Assembly (NCBI RefSeq): GCF_009914755.1
Contig: NC_060925.1
DNA from: the human T2T-CHM13v2.0 reference genome, Homo sapiens
Reading direction: 5' to 3' (one strand)
Length of the DNA stretch: 64,000 bases
Shown here: positions 28,601-43,600 of the stretch, piece by piece
How the letters are laid out: each line of letters begins with the position of its first letter
How positions within the stretch are numbered: position 1 is the first letter of the stretch
Program-made: the position numbers and the translations under genes
The notes under the pieces: generated by a model
The model's database searches: none
What the model saw: the letters and a program-made list of their open reading frames with translations, nothing else
Told to the model about the DNA's origin: nothing

Positions 28601-31600
28601 ATTCGATTCTATGCGATGATTCCATTCCATTCCATTTGGAGATGGATCCATTCGAGACCATTCGTTGATTGCATTCAATTCATTCGATGACGATTCCATT
28701 CAATTCCGTTCAATGATTCCATTAGATTCCATTTGATGATGATTCCATTCGATTCCATTTGATGATGATTCCATGCGATTCCATTAGATGATGACTCCTT
28801 TCATTTCCATTCAATGAGGATTCCATTCGGTCCCATTTGATGATGATTCCTTTGAATGCCGTTTGATGACTATTCCATTCAATACCAATTGATGATGGTA
28901 ATTTTTGATTCCATTTGATGATTACTTTCGATTCCATTTGATCATGATTCCATTCGATTCCACTCGATGATTCCATTCAATGATGATTCCATTCGAGTTC
29001 ATTGACTATTCCATTCCATTTCAATCGATGATTCCTTTCAAGTCCATTCGATGATTCTATTCGATTGCATTCGATTATTCCATTCGATTGCATTCGATAA
29101 TTCCATTCGATTCCATTTGAGGATAATTCCATTTGAGTCCATTCGATGATTGTTCCATTCGTTTCTATTTGGTGATTCCATTCGATTCCATTTGATAATG
29201 ATTCCATTGGAGACCATTCGATGATTCCATTCAATTCCATGCAATAATGATTCCATTCGAGTCCATTCAATGATTCCATTCAAGTCCATTCGATGATTCC
29301 ATCTGATTCCATTCAATGAATCCATTCGATTCCATTCTATGATGATTCCATTCATTTCCATCTGATGATGATTCCATTCGATTCCATTCAATCATTCCAT
29401 TCGATTCCATTTGATGATGATTTCAATCAATTTCATTCGATGATTCCATTCGAATCCATTCGATGATGAGTCCATCCATTTCAATTTCATGATAATTCCA
29501 TTCGTTTCAATTCGATGGTGTTTCCATTCGATTCCATTCGATGTTGATTCCATTAGTTTCCATTGGATGATGATTCCATTCGAGTCCATTCGATGATGAT
29601 CAAAATGGATTTCATTCCATAATTCTATTCGATTCCATTTGATGATGATTCCGTCTGATTCCATTTGATGATTCCATCCGTTTCCATCCGATGATGATTC
29701 CATTCGATTCCGTTCAATGATTATTCCATTCGCGTCCATTCGATGATTCCATTCGATTCCATTCGATGATGATTGCATTCGAGTCCATGGATTCTTCCAT
29801 TCCATTCCATTAGATTGTTCCATTCGAGTCCATTCGATGTTTCTCTTCGATTCCATTCGATAATTCCGTTTGATTCCGTTTGATGTTGATTCCATTCGTG
29901 TCCATTCGATGATAATTCCATTCGATTCTATGCGATGATTCCATTCCATTCCATTTGGAGGTGGTTCCATTCGAGACCATTCGTTGATTGCATTCAATTC
30001 ATTCGATGACGATTCCATTCAATTCCGTTCAATGATTCCATTAGATTCCATTTGATGATGATTCCATTCGATTCCATTTGATGATGATTCCATGCGATTC
30101 CATTAGATGATGACTCCTTTCATTTCCATTCAATGAGGATTCCATTCGGTTCCATTTGATGATGATTCCTTTGAATTCCATTTGATGACAATTCCATTCA
30201 ATACCAATTGATGATGGTTATTTTAGATTCCATTTGATGATGATTACATTCGATTCCATTTGATCATGATTCCATTCGATTCCACTCGATGATTCCATTC
30301 GATTCCATTCAATGATTATTCCATTTGAGTCGATTCGATGACTCCATTCGATTGTATTCGATGGTGATTGAATTCGAGTCCATGGATTAATCCGTTGCAT
30401 TCCATTCTATGATTCCATTCGAGTCCATTCGATGATTCTATTCGATTGCATTCGATAATTCCATTCGATTGCATTCGATAAATCCATTTGATTCCATTTG
30501 AGGATAATTCCATTTGAGTCCATTCGATGATTGTTCCATTCGATTCTATTCGGTGATTCCATTCGACTTCATTTGATAATGATTCCATTCGAGACCATTC
30601 GATGATTCTATTCAATTCCATTCAATAATGATTCCATTCGAGTCCATTCAACGATTCCATTCAAGTCCATTCGATGATTCCATCTGATTCCATTCAATGA
30701 ATCCATGCGATTCCATTCTATGATGATTCCATTCATTTCCATCTGATGATGATTCCATTCGTTTCCATTCAATGATTCCTTTCGATTCCATTTGATGATG
30801 ATTTCAATCAATTTCATTCGGTGATTCCATTCGAATCCATTCGATGATGAGTCCATCCATTTCAATTTCATGATAATTCCATTCATTTCAATTCGATGGT
30901 GTTTCCATTCGTTTCCATTCGATGTTGATTCCATTAGTTTCCATTGGATGATGATTCCATTCGAGTCCATTCAATGATGATCACATTGGATTTCATTCCA
31001 TAATTCTATTCGGTTCCATTTGATCATGATTCCATCTGATTCCATTTGATGATCCCATTCGATTCCATTCGATGATGATTCCATTCGTTTGCATCCGATG
31101 ATGACTCTATTCGATTCCGTTCAATGATTATTCCATTCGAGTCCATTCGATGATTCCATTCGATTCCATTCGCTGATGATTGCATTCGAGTCCATGGATT
31201 CTTCCATTTCATTCCATTAGATGATTCCATTCGAGTCCGTTCGATGATTCTCTTCGATTCCATTCGATAATTCCGTTTGATTCCGTTTGATGTTGATTCC
31301 ATTGGAGTCCATTCGATGATAATTCCATTCGATTCTATGCGATGATTCCATTCCATTCCATTTGGAGATGGTTCCATTCGAGACCATTCGTTGATTGCAT
31401 TCAATTCATTCGATGACGATTCCATTCAATTCCGTTCAATGATTCCATTAGATTCCATTTGATGATGATTCCATTCGATTCCATTTGATGATGATTCCAT
31501 GAGATTCCATTAGATGATGACTCCTTTCATTTCCATTCAATGAGGATTCCATTCGGTTCCATTTGATGATGATTCCTTTGAATTCCCTTTGATGACAATT

Positions 31601-34600
31601 CCATTCAATACCAATTGATGATGGTTATTTTTGATTCCATTTGATGATGATTACTTTCGATTCCATTTGATCATGATTCCATTCGATTCCACTCGATGAT
31701 TCCATTCAATCATGATTCCATTCGAGTTCATTGACTATTCCATTCCATTTCAATCGATGATTCCTTTCAAGTCCATTCGATGATTCTATTCGATTGCATT
31801 CGATTATTCCATTCGATTGCATTCGATAATTCCATTCGATTCCATTTGAGGATAATTCCATTTGAGTCCATTCGATGATTGTTCCATTCGATTCTATTCG
31901 GTGATTCCATTCGATTCCATTTGATAATGATTCCATTCGAGACCATTCGATGATTCCATTCAATTCCATTCAATAATGATTCCATTCGAGTCCATTCAAT
32001 GATTCCATTCAAGTCCATTCGATGATTCCATCTGATTCCATTCAATGAATCCATTCGATTCCATTCTATGATGATTCCATTCATTTCCATCTGATGATGA
32101 TTCCATTCGATTCCATTCAATGATTCCATTCGATTCCATTCAATGGTTCCTTTCGATTCCATTTGATGATGATTTCAATCAATTTCATTCGATGATTCCA
32201 TTCGAATCCATTCGATGATGAGTCCATCCATTTCAATTTCATGATAATTCCATTCGTTTCAATTCGATGGTGTTTCCATTCGATTCCATTCGATGTTGAT
32301 TCCATTAGTTTCCATTGGATGATGATTCCATTCGAGTCCATTCGATGATGATCACAATGGATTTCATTCCATAATCCTATTCGATTCCATTTGATGATGA
32401 TTCCATCTGATTCCATTTGATGATTCCATTCGTTTCCATCCGATGATGATTCCATTCGATTCCGTTCAATGATTATTCCATTCGAGTCCATTCGATGATT
32501 CCATTCGATTCCATTCGATGATGATTGCATTCGAGTCCATGGATTCTTCCATTCCATTCCATTAGATGATTCCATTCGATTCCATTCGATGATTCTCTTC
32601 GATTCCATTCGATAATTCCGTTTGATTCCGTTTGATTTTGATTCCATTCGAGTCCATTCGATGATAATTCCATTCGATTCTATGTGATGATTCCATTCCA
32701 TTCCATTTGGAGGTGGTTCCATTCGAGACCATTCGTTGATTGCATTCAATTCATTCGATGACGATTCCATTCCATTCCGTTCAATGATTCCATTAGATTC
32801 CATTTGATGATGATTCCATTCGATTCCATTTGATGATGATTCCATGCGATTCCATTAGATGATGACTCCTTTCATTTCCATTCAATGAGGATTCCATTCG
32901 GTTCCATTTGATGATGATTCCTTTGAATTCCATTTGATGACAATTCCATTCAATACCAATTGATGATGGTTATTTTTGATTCCATTTGATGATGATTACA
33001 TTCGATTCCATTTGATCATGATTCCATTCGATTCCACTCGATGATTCCATTCGATTCCATTCAATGATTATTCCATTTGAGTCGATTCGATGACTCCATT
33101 CGATTGTATTCGATGGTGATTGAATTCGAGTCCATGGATTAATCCATTGCATTCCATTCGATGATTCCATTCGAGTCCATTCGATGATTCTATTCGATTG
33201 CATTCGATAATTCCATTCGATTGCATTCGATAAATCCATTTGATTCCATTTGAGGATAATTCCATTTGAGTCCATTTGATGATGGTTCCATTCGATTCTA
33301 TTCGGTGATTCCATTCGACTTCATTTGATAATTATTCCATTCGAGACCATTCGATGATTCTATTCAATTCCATTCAATAATGATTCCATTCGAGTCCATT
33401 CAACGATTCCATTCAAGTCCATTCGATGATTCCATCTGATTCCATTGAATGAATCCATGAGATTACATTCTCTGATCATTCCATGCATTTCCATCTGATG
33501 ATGATTCCATTCGATTCCATTCAATGATTCCTTTCGATTCCATTTGATGATGATTTCAATCAATTTCATTCGATGATTCCATTCGATTCCATTCGATGTT
33601 GATTCCATTAGTTTCCATTGGATGATGATTCCATTCGAGTCCATTCAATGATGATTACATTGGATTTCATTCCAGAATTCTATTCGATTCCATTTGATGA
33701 TGATTCCTTCTGATTCCTTTTGATGATCCCATTCGTTTCCATCCGATGATGATTCCATTCGATTCCGTTCAATGATTATTCCATTCGAGTCCATTCGATG
33801 ATTCCATTCGATTCCATTCGATGATGATTGCATTCGAGTCCATGGATTCTTCCATTCCATTCCATTAGATGATTCCATTCGAGTCCGTTCGATGATTCTC
33901 TTCGATTCCATTCGATAATTCCGTTTGATTCCGTTTGATGTTGATTCCATTCGAGTCCATTCGATGATAATTCCATTCGATTCTATGCGATGATACCATT
34001 CCATTCCATTTGGAGGTGATTCCATTCGAGACCATTCGTTGATTGCATTCAATTCATTCGATGACGATTCCATTCAATTCCGCTCAATGATTCCATTAGA
34101 TTCCATTTGATGATGATTCCATTCGATTCCATTTGATGATGATTCCATGCGATTCCATTAGATGATGACTCCTTTCATTTCCATTCAATGAGGATTCCAT
34201 TCGGTTCCATTTGATGATGATTCCTTTGAATTCCGTTTGATGACAATTCCATTCAATACCAATTGATTATGGTTATTTTTGATTCCATTTGATGATGATG
34301 ACTTTGGATTCCATTTGATCATGATTCCATTCGATTCCACTCGATGATTCCATTCAATGATGATTCCATTCGAGTTCATTGACTATTCCATTCCATTTCA
34401 ATCGATGATTCCTTTCAAGTCCATTCGATGATTCTATTCGATTGCATTCGATTATTCCATTCGATTGCATTCGATAATTCCATTCGATTCCATTTGAGGA
34501 TAATTCCATTTGAGTCCATTCGATGATTGTTCCATTCGATTCTATTCGGTGATTCCATTCGATTCCATTTGATAATGATTCCATTCGAGACCATGCGATG

Positions 34601-37600
34601 ATTCCATTCAATTCCATTCAATAATGATTCCATTCGAGTCCATTCAATGATTCCATTCAAGTCCATTCGATGATTCCATCTGATTGCATTCAATGAATCC
34701 ATTCGATTCCATTCTATGATGATTCCATTCATTTCCATCTGATGATAATTCCATTCGATTCCATTCAATGATTCCATTCGATTCCATTTGATGATGATTT
34801 CAATCAATTTCATTCGATGATTCCATTCGAATCCATTCGATGATGAGTCCATCCCTTTCAATTTCATGATAATTCCATTCGTTTCAATTCGATGGTGTTT
34901 CCATTCGATTCCATTCGATGTTGATTCCATTAGTTTCCATTGGATGATGATTCCATTCGAGTCCATTCGATGATGATCACAATGGATTTCATTCCATAAT
35001 TCTATTAGATTCCATTTGATGATGATTCCATCTGATTCCATTTGATGATTCCATTCGTTTCCATCCGATGATGATTCCATTCGATTCCGTTCAATGATTA
35101 TTCCATTCGGGTCCATTCGATGATTCCATTCGATTCCATTCGATGATGATTGCATTCGAGTCCATGGATTCTTCCATTCCATTCCATTAGATGATTCCAT
35201 TCGAGTCCATTCGATGATTCTCTTCGATTCCATTCGATAATTCCGTTTGATTCCGTTTGATGTTGATTCCATTCGAGTCCATTCGATGATAATTCCATTC
35301 GATTCTATGTGATGATTCCATTCCATTCCATTTGGAGGTGGTTCCATTCGAGACCATTCGTTGATTGCATTCAATTCATTCGATGACGATTCCATTCCAT
35401 TCCGTTCAATGATTCCATTAGATTCCATTTGATGATGATTCCATTCGATTCCATTTGATGATGATTCCATGCGATTCCATTAGATGATGACTCCTTTCAT
35501 TTCCATTCAATGAGGATTCCATTCGGTTCCATTTGATGATGATTCCTTTGAATTCCATTTGATGACAATTCCATTCAATACCAATTGATGATGGTTATTT
35601 TTGATTCCATTTGATGATGATTACATTCGATTCCATTTGATCATGATTCCATTCGATTCCACTCGATGATTCCATTCGATTCCATTCAATGATTATTCCA
35701 TTTGAGTCGATTCGATGACTCCATTCGATTGTATTTGACGGTGATTGAATTCGAGTCCATGGATTAATCCATTGCATTCCATTCGATGATTCCATTCGAG
35801 TCCATTCGATGATTCTATTCGATTGCATTCGATAATTCCATTCGATTGCATTCGATAAATCCATTTGATTCCATTTGAGGATAATTCCATTTGAGTCCAT
35901 TCGATGATGGTTCCATTCGATTCTATTCGATGATTCCATTCGACTTCATTTGATAATTATTCCATTCGAGACCATTCGATGATTCTATTCAATTCCATTC
36001 AATAATGATTCCATTCGAGTCCATTCAACGATTCCATTCAAGTCCATTCGATGATTCCATCTGATTCCATTGAATGAATCCATGAGATTCCATTCTATGA
36101 TGATTCCATGCATTTCCATCTGATGATGATTCCATTCGATTCCATTCAATGATTCCTTTCGATTCCATTTGATGATGATTTCAATCAATTTCATTCGATG
36201 ATTCCATTCGATTCCATTCGATGTTGATTCCATTAGTTTCCATTGGATGATGATTCCATTCGAGTCCATTCAATGATGATTACATTGGATTTCATTCCAG
36301 AATTCTATTCGATTCCATTTGATGATGATTCCATCTGATTCCATTTGATGATCCCATTCGATTCCATTCGATGATGATTCCATTCGTTTCCATCCGATGA
36401 TGATTCCATTCGATTCCGTTCAATGATTATTCCATTCGAGTCCATTCGATGATTCCATTCGATTCCATTCGATGATGATTGCATTCGAGTCCATGGATTC
36501 TTCCATTCCATTCCATTAGATGATTCCATTCCAGTCCATTCGATGATTCTCTTCGATTCCATTCGATAATTCCGTTTGATTCCGTTTGATGTTGATTCCA
36601 TTCGAGTCCATTCGATGATAATTCCATTCGATTCTATGTGATGATTCCATTCCATTCCATTTGGAGGTGGTTCCATTCGAGACCATTCGTTGATTGCATT
36701 CAATTCATTCGATGATGATTCCATTCAATTCCGTTCAATGATTCCATTAGATTCCATTTGTTGATGATTCCATTCGATTCCATTTGATGATGATTCCATG
36801 CGATTCCATTAGATGATGACTCCTTTCATTTCCATTCAATGAGGATTCCATTCGGTTCCATTTGATGATGATTCCTTTGAATTCCATTTGATGACAATTC
36901 CATTCAATACCAATTGATGATGTTTATTTTTGACTCCATTTGATGATGATTACATTCGATTCCATTTCATCATGATTCCATTCGATTCCACTCGATGATT
37001 CCATTCGATTCCATTCAATGATTATTCCACTTGAGTCGATTCGATGACTCCATTCGATTGTATTCGATGGTGATTGAATTCGAGTCCATGGATTAATCCA
37101 TTGCATTCCATTCGGTGATTCCATTCGAGTCCATTCGATGATTCTATTCGATTGCATTCGATAATTCCATTCGATTGCATTCGATAAATCCATTTGATTC
37201 CATTTGAGGATAATTCCTTTTGAGTCCATTCGATGATTGTTCCATTCGATTCTATTCGGTGATTCCATTCGACTTCATTTGATAATGATTCCATTCGAGA
37301 CCATTCGATGATTCTATTCAATTCCATTCAATAATGATTCCATTCGAGTCCATTCAACGATTCCATTCAAGTCCATTAGTTGATTCCATCTGATTCCATT
37401 CAATGAATCCATGCGATTCCATTCTATGATGATTCCATTCATTTCCATCTGATGATGATTCCCTTCGATTCCATTCAATGATTCCTTTCGATTCCATTTG
37501 ATGATGATTTCAATCAATTTCATTCGATGATTCCATTCGAATCCATTCGATGATGAGTCCATCCATTTCTATTTCATGATAATTCCATTCGTTTCAATTC

Positions 37601-40600
37601 GATGGTGTTTCCATTCGATTCCATTCGATGTTGATTCCATTAGTTTCCATTGGATGATGATTCCATTCGAGTCCATTCGATGATGATCACAATGGATTTC
37701 ATTCCGTAATTCTATTCGATTCCATTTGATGATGATTCCATCTGATTCCATTTGATGATTCCATTCGTTTCCATCCGATGATGATTCCTTTCGATTCCGT
37801 TCAATGATTATTCCATTCGTGTCCATTCGATGATTCCATTCGATTCCATTCGCTGATGATTGCATTCGAGTCCACGGATTCTTCCATTCCATTCCATTAG
37901 ATGATTCCATTCGAGTCCATTCGATGATTCTCTTCGATTCCATTCGATAATTCCGTTTGATTCCGTTTGATGTTGATTCCATTCGAGTCCATTCGATGAT
38001 AATTCCATTCGATTCTATGCGATGATTCCATTCCATTCCATTTGGAGGTGGTTGCATTCGAGACCATTCGTTGATTGCATTCAATTCATTCGATGACCAT
38101 TCCATTCAATTCCGTTCAATGATTCCATTAGATTCCATTTGATGATGATTCCATTCGATTCCATTTGATGATGATTCCATGCGATTCCATTAGATGATGA
38201 CTCCTTTCATTTCCATTCAATGAGGATTCCATTCGGTTCCATTTGATGACGATTCCTTTGAATTCCATTTGATGACAATTCCATTCAATACCAATTGATG
38301 ATGTTTATTTTTGATTCCATTTGATGATGATTACATTCGATTCCATTTGATCATGATTCCATTCGATTCCACTCGATGATTCCATTCGATTCCATTCAAT
38401 GATTATTCCATTTGAGTCGATTCGATGACTCCATTCGATTGTATTCGATGGTGATTGAATTCGAGTCCATGGATTAATCCATTGCATTCCATTCGATGAT
38501 TCCATTCGAGTCCATTCGATGATTCTATTCGATTGCATTCGATAATTCCATTCGATTGCATTTGATAAATCCATTTGATTCCATTTGAGGATAATTCCAT
38601 TTGAGTCCATTCGATGATTGTTCCATTCGATTCTATTCGGTGATTCCATTCGACTTCATTTGATAATGATTCCATTCGAGACCATTCGATGATTCTATTC
38701 AATTCCATTCAATAATGATTCCATTCGAGTCCATTCAACGATTCCATTCAAGTCCATTCAATGATTCCATCTGATTCCATTCAATGAATCCATTCGATTC
38801 CATTCTATGATGATTCCATTCATTTCCATCTGATGATGATTCCATTCGATTCCATTCAATGATTCCTTTCGATTCCATTTGATGATGATTTCAATCAATT
38901 TCATTCGATGATTCCATTCGAATCCATTCGATGATGAGTCCATCCATTTCTATTTCATGATAATTCCATTCGTTTCAATTCGATGGTGTTTCCATTCGAT
39001 TCCATTCGATGTTGATTCCATTAGTTTCCATTGGATGATGATTCCATTCGGGTCCATTCAATGATGATCACATTGGATTTCATTCCATAATTCTATTCGA
39101 TTCCATTTGATGATGATTCCATCTGATTCCGTTTGATGATCCCATTCGATTCCATTCGATGATGATTCCATTCGTTTCCATCCGATGATGACTCCATTCG
39201 ATTCCGTTCAATGATTATTCCATTCGAGTCCATTCGATGATTCCATTTTCGATTCCATTCGATGATGATTGCATTCGAGTCCATGGATTCTTCCACTCCA
39301 TTCCATTAGATGATTCCATTCGAGTCCGTTCGATGATTCTCTTCGATTCCATTCGATAATTCCTCTTGATTCCGTTTGATGTTGATTCCATTCGAGTCCA
39401 TTCGATGATAATTCCATTCGATTCTATGCGATGATTCCATTCCATTCCATTTGGAGATGGTTCCATTCGAGACCATTCGTTGATGGCATTCAATTCATTC
39501 GATGACGATTCCATTCAATTCCGTTCAATGATTCCATTAGATTCCATTTGATGATGATTCCATTCGATTCCATTTGATGATGATTCCATGCGATTCCATT
39601 AGATGATGACTCCTTTCATTTCCATTCAATGAGGATTCCATTCGGTTCCATTTGATGATGATTCCTTTCAATTCCGTTTGATGACAATTCCATTCAATAC
39701 CAATTGATGATGGTTATTTTTGATTCCATTTGATGATGATTACTTTCGATTCCATTTGATCATGATTCCATTCGATTCCACTCGATGATTCCATTCAATG
39801 ATGATTCCATTCGAGTTCATTGACTATTCCATTCCATTTCAATCGATGATTCCTTTCAAGTCCATTCGATGATTCTATTCGATTGCATTCGATTATTCCA
39901 TTCTATTGCATTCGATAATTCCATTCGATTCCATTTGAGGATAATTCCATTTGAGTCCATTCGATGATTGTTCCATTCGATTCTATTCGGTGATTCCATT
40001 CGATTCCATTTGATAATGATTCCATTCGCGACCATTCGATGATTCCATTCAATTCCATTCAATAATGATTCCATTCGAGTCCATTCAATGATTCCATTCA
40101 AGTCCATTCGATGATTCCATCTGATTCCATTCAATGAATCCATTCGATTCCATTCTATGATGATTCCATTGATTTCCATCTGATGATGATTCCACTCGAT
40201 TCCATTCAATGATTCCATTCGATTCCATTTGATGATGATTTCAATCAATTTCATTCGATGATTCCATTCGAATCCATTCGATGAAGAGTCCATCCATTTC
40301 AATTTCATGATAATTCCATTCGTTTCAATTCGATGGTGTTTCCATTCGATTCCATTCGATGTTGATTCCATTAGTTTCCATTGGATGATGATTCCATTCG
40401 AGTCCATTCGATGATGATCACAATGGATTTCATTCCATAATTCTATTCGATTCCATTTGATGATGATTCCATCTGATTCCATTTGATGATTCCATTCGTT
40501 TCCATCCGATGATGATTCCATTCGATTCCGTTCAATGATTATTCCATTCGAGTCCATTCGATGATTCCATTCGATTCCATTCGATGATGATTGCATTCGA

Positions 40601-43600
40601 GTCCATGGATTCTTCCATTCCATTCCATTAGATGATTCCATTCCAGTCCATTCGATGATTCTCTTCGATTCCATTCGATAAATCCGTTTGATTCCGTTTG
40701 ATGTTGATTCCATTCGAGTCCATTCGATGATAATTCCATTCGATTCTATGCGATGATTCCATTCCATTCCATTTGGAGGCGGTTCCATTCGAGACCATTC
40801 GTTGATTGCATTCAATTCATTCGATGACGATTCCATTCAATTCCGTTCAATGATTCCATTAGATTCCATTTGATGATGATTCCATTCGATTCCATTTGAT
40901 GATGATTCCATGCGATTCCATTAGATGATGACTCCTTTATTTTCCATTCAATGAGGATTCCATTCGGTTCCATTTGATGATGATTCCTTTGAATTCCGTT
41001 TGATGACAATTCAATTCAATACCAATTGATGATGTTTATTTTTGATTCCATTTGATGATGATTACATTCGATTCCATTTCATCATGATTCCATTCGATTC
41101 CACTCGATGATTCCATTCGATTCCATTCAATGATTATTCCACTTGAGTCGATTCGATGACTCCATTCGATTGTATTCGATGGTGATTGAATTCGAGTCCA
41201 TGGATTAATCCATTGCATTCCATTCGATGATTCCATTCGAGTCCATTCGATGATTCTATTCGATTACATTCGATAATTCCATTCGATTGCATTCGATAAA
41301 TCCATTTGATTCCATTTGAGGATAATTCCTTTTGAGTCCATTCGATGATTGTTCCATTCGATTCTATTCGGTGATTCCATTCGACTTCATTTGATAATGA
41401 TTCCATTCGAGACCATTCGATGATTCTATTCAATTCCATTCAATAATGATTCCATTCGCGTCCATTCAACGATTCCATTCAAGTCCATTCGATGATTCCA
41501 TCTGATTCCATTCAATGAATCCATGCGATTCCATTCTATGATGATTCCATTCATTTCCATCTGATGATGATTCCTTTCGATTCCATTCAATGATTCCTTT
41601 CGATTCCATTTGATGATGATTTCAATCAATTTCATTCGATGATTCCATTCGAATTTATTCGATGATGAGTCCATCCATTTCTATTTCATGATAATTCCAT
41701 TCGTTTCAATTCGATGGTGTTTCCATTCGATTCCATTCGATGTTGATTCCATTAGTTTCCATTGGATGATGATTCCATTCGAGTCCATTCGATGATGATC
41801 ACAATGGATTTCATTCCGTAATTCTATTCGATTCCATTTGATGATGATTCCATCTGATTCCATTTGATGATTCCATTCGTTTCCATCCGATGATGATTCC
41901 ATTCGATTCCGTTCAATGATTATTCCATTCGAGTCCATTCGATGATTCCATTCGATTCCATTCGCTGATGATTGCATTCGAGTCCATGGATTCTTCCATT
42001 CCATTCCATTAGATGATTCCATTCGAGTCCATTCGATGATTCTCTTCGATTCCATTCGATAATTCCGTTTGATTCCGTTTGATGTTGATTCCATTCGAGT
42101 CCATTCGATGATAATTCCATTCGATTCTATGCGATGATTCCATTCCATTCCATTTGGAGGTGGTTCCATTCGAGACCATTCGTTGATTGCATTCAATTCA
42201 TTCGATGACCATTCCATTCAATTCCGTTCAATGATTCCATTAGATTCCATTTGATGATGATTCCATTCGATTCCATTTGATGATGATTCCATGCGATTCC
42301 ATTAGATGATGACTCCTTTCATTTCCATTCAATGAGGATTCCATTCGTGTCCATTTGATGATGATTCCTTTGAATTCCATTTAATGACAATTCCATTCAA
42401 TACCAATAGATGATGGTTATTTTTGATTCCATTTGATGATGATTACATTCGATTCCATTTGATCATGATTCCATTCGATTCCACTCGATGATTCCATTCG
42501 ATTCCATTCAATGATTATTCCATTTGAGTCGATTCGATGACTCCATTCGATTGTATTCGATGGTGATTGAATTCGAGTCCATGGATTAATCCATTGTATT
42601 CCATTCGATGATTCCATTCGAGTCCATTCGATGATTCTATTCGATTGCATTCGATAATTCCATTCGATTGCATTCGATAAATCCATTTGATTCCATTTGA
42701 GGATAATTCCATTTGAGTCCATTCGATGATTGTTCCATTCGATTCTATTCGGTGATTCCATTCGACTTCATTTGATAATGATTCCATTCGAGACCATTCG
42801 ATGATTCTATTCAATTCCATTCAATAATGATTCCATTCGAGTCCATTCAACGATTCCATTCAAGTCCATTCGATGATTCCATCTGATTCCATTCAATGAA
42901 TCCATGTGATTCCATTCTATGATGATTCCATTCATTTCCATCTGATGATGATTCCATTCGATTCCATTCAATGATTCCTTTCGATTCCATTTGATGATGA
43001 TTTCAATCAATTTCATTCGATGATTCCATTCGAATCCATTCGATGATGAGTCCATCCATTTCAATTTCATGATAATTCCATTCCTTTCAATTCGATGGTG
43101 TTTCCATTCGATTGCATTCGATGTTGATTCCATTAGTTTCCATTGGATGATGATTCCATTCGAGAACATTCAATGATGATCACATTGGATTTCATTCCAT
43201 AATTCTATTCGATTCCATTTGATGATGATTCCATCTGATTCCATTTGATGATCCCATTCGATTCCATTCGATGATGATTCCATTCGTTTCCATCCAATGA
43301 TGATTCCATTCGATTCCGTTCAATGATTATTCCATTCGAGTCCATTCGATGATTCCATTCGATTCCATTTGATGATGATTGCATTCGAGTCCATGGATTC
43401 TTCCATTCCATTCCATTAGATGATTCCATTCGAGTCCGTTCGATGATTCTCTTCGATTCCATTCGATAATTCCGTTTGATTCCGTTTGATGTTGATTCCA
43501 TTCGAGTCCATTCGATGATAATTCCATTCGATTCTATGTGATGATTCCATTCCATTCCATTTGGAGATGGTTCCATTCGAGACCATTCGTTGATTGCATT

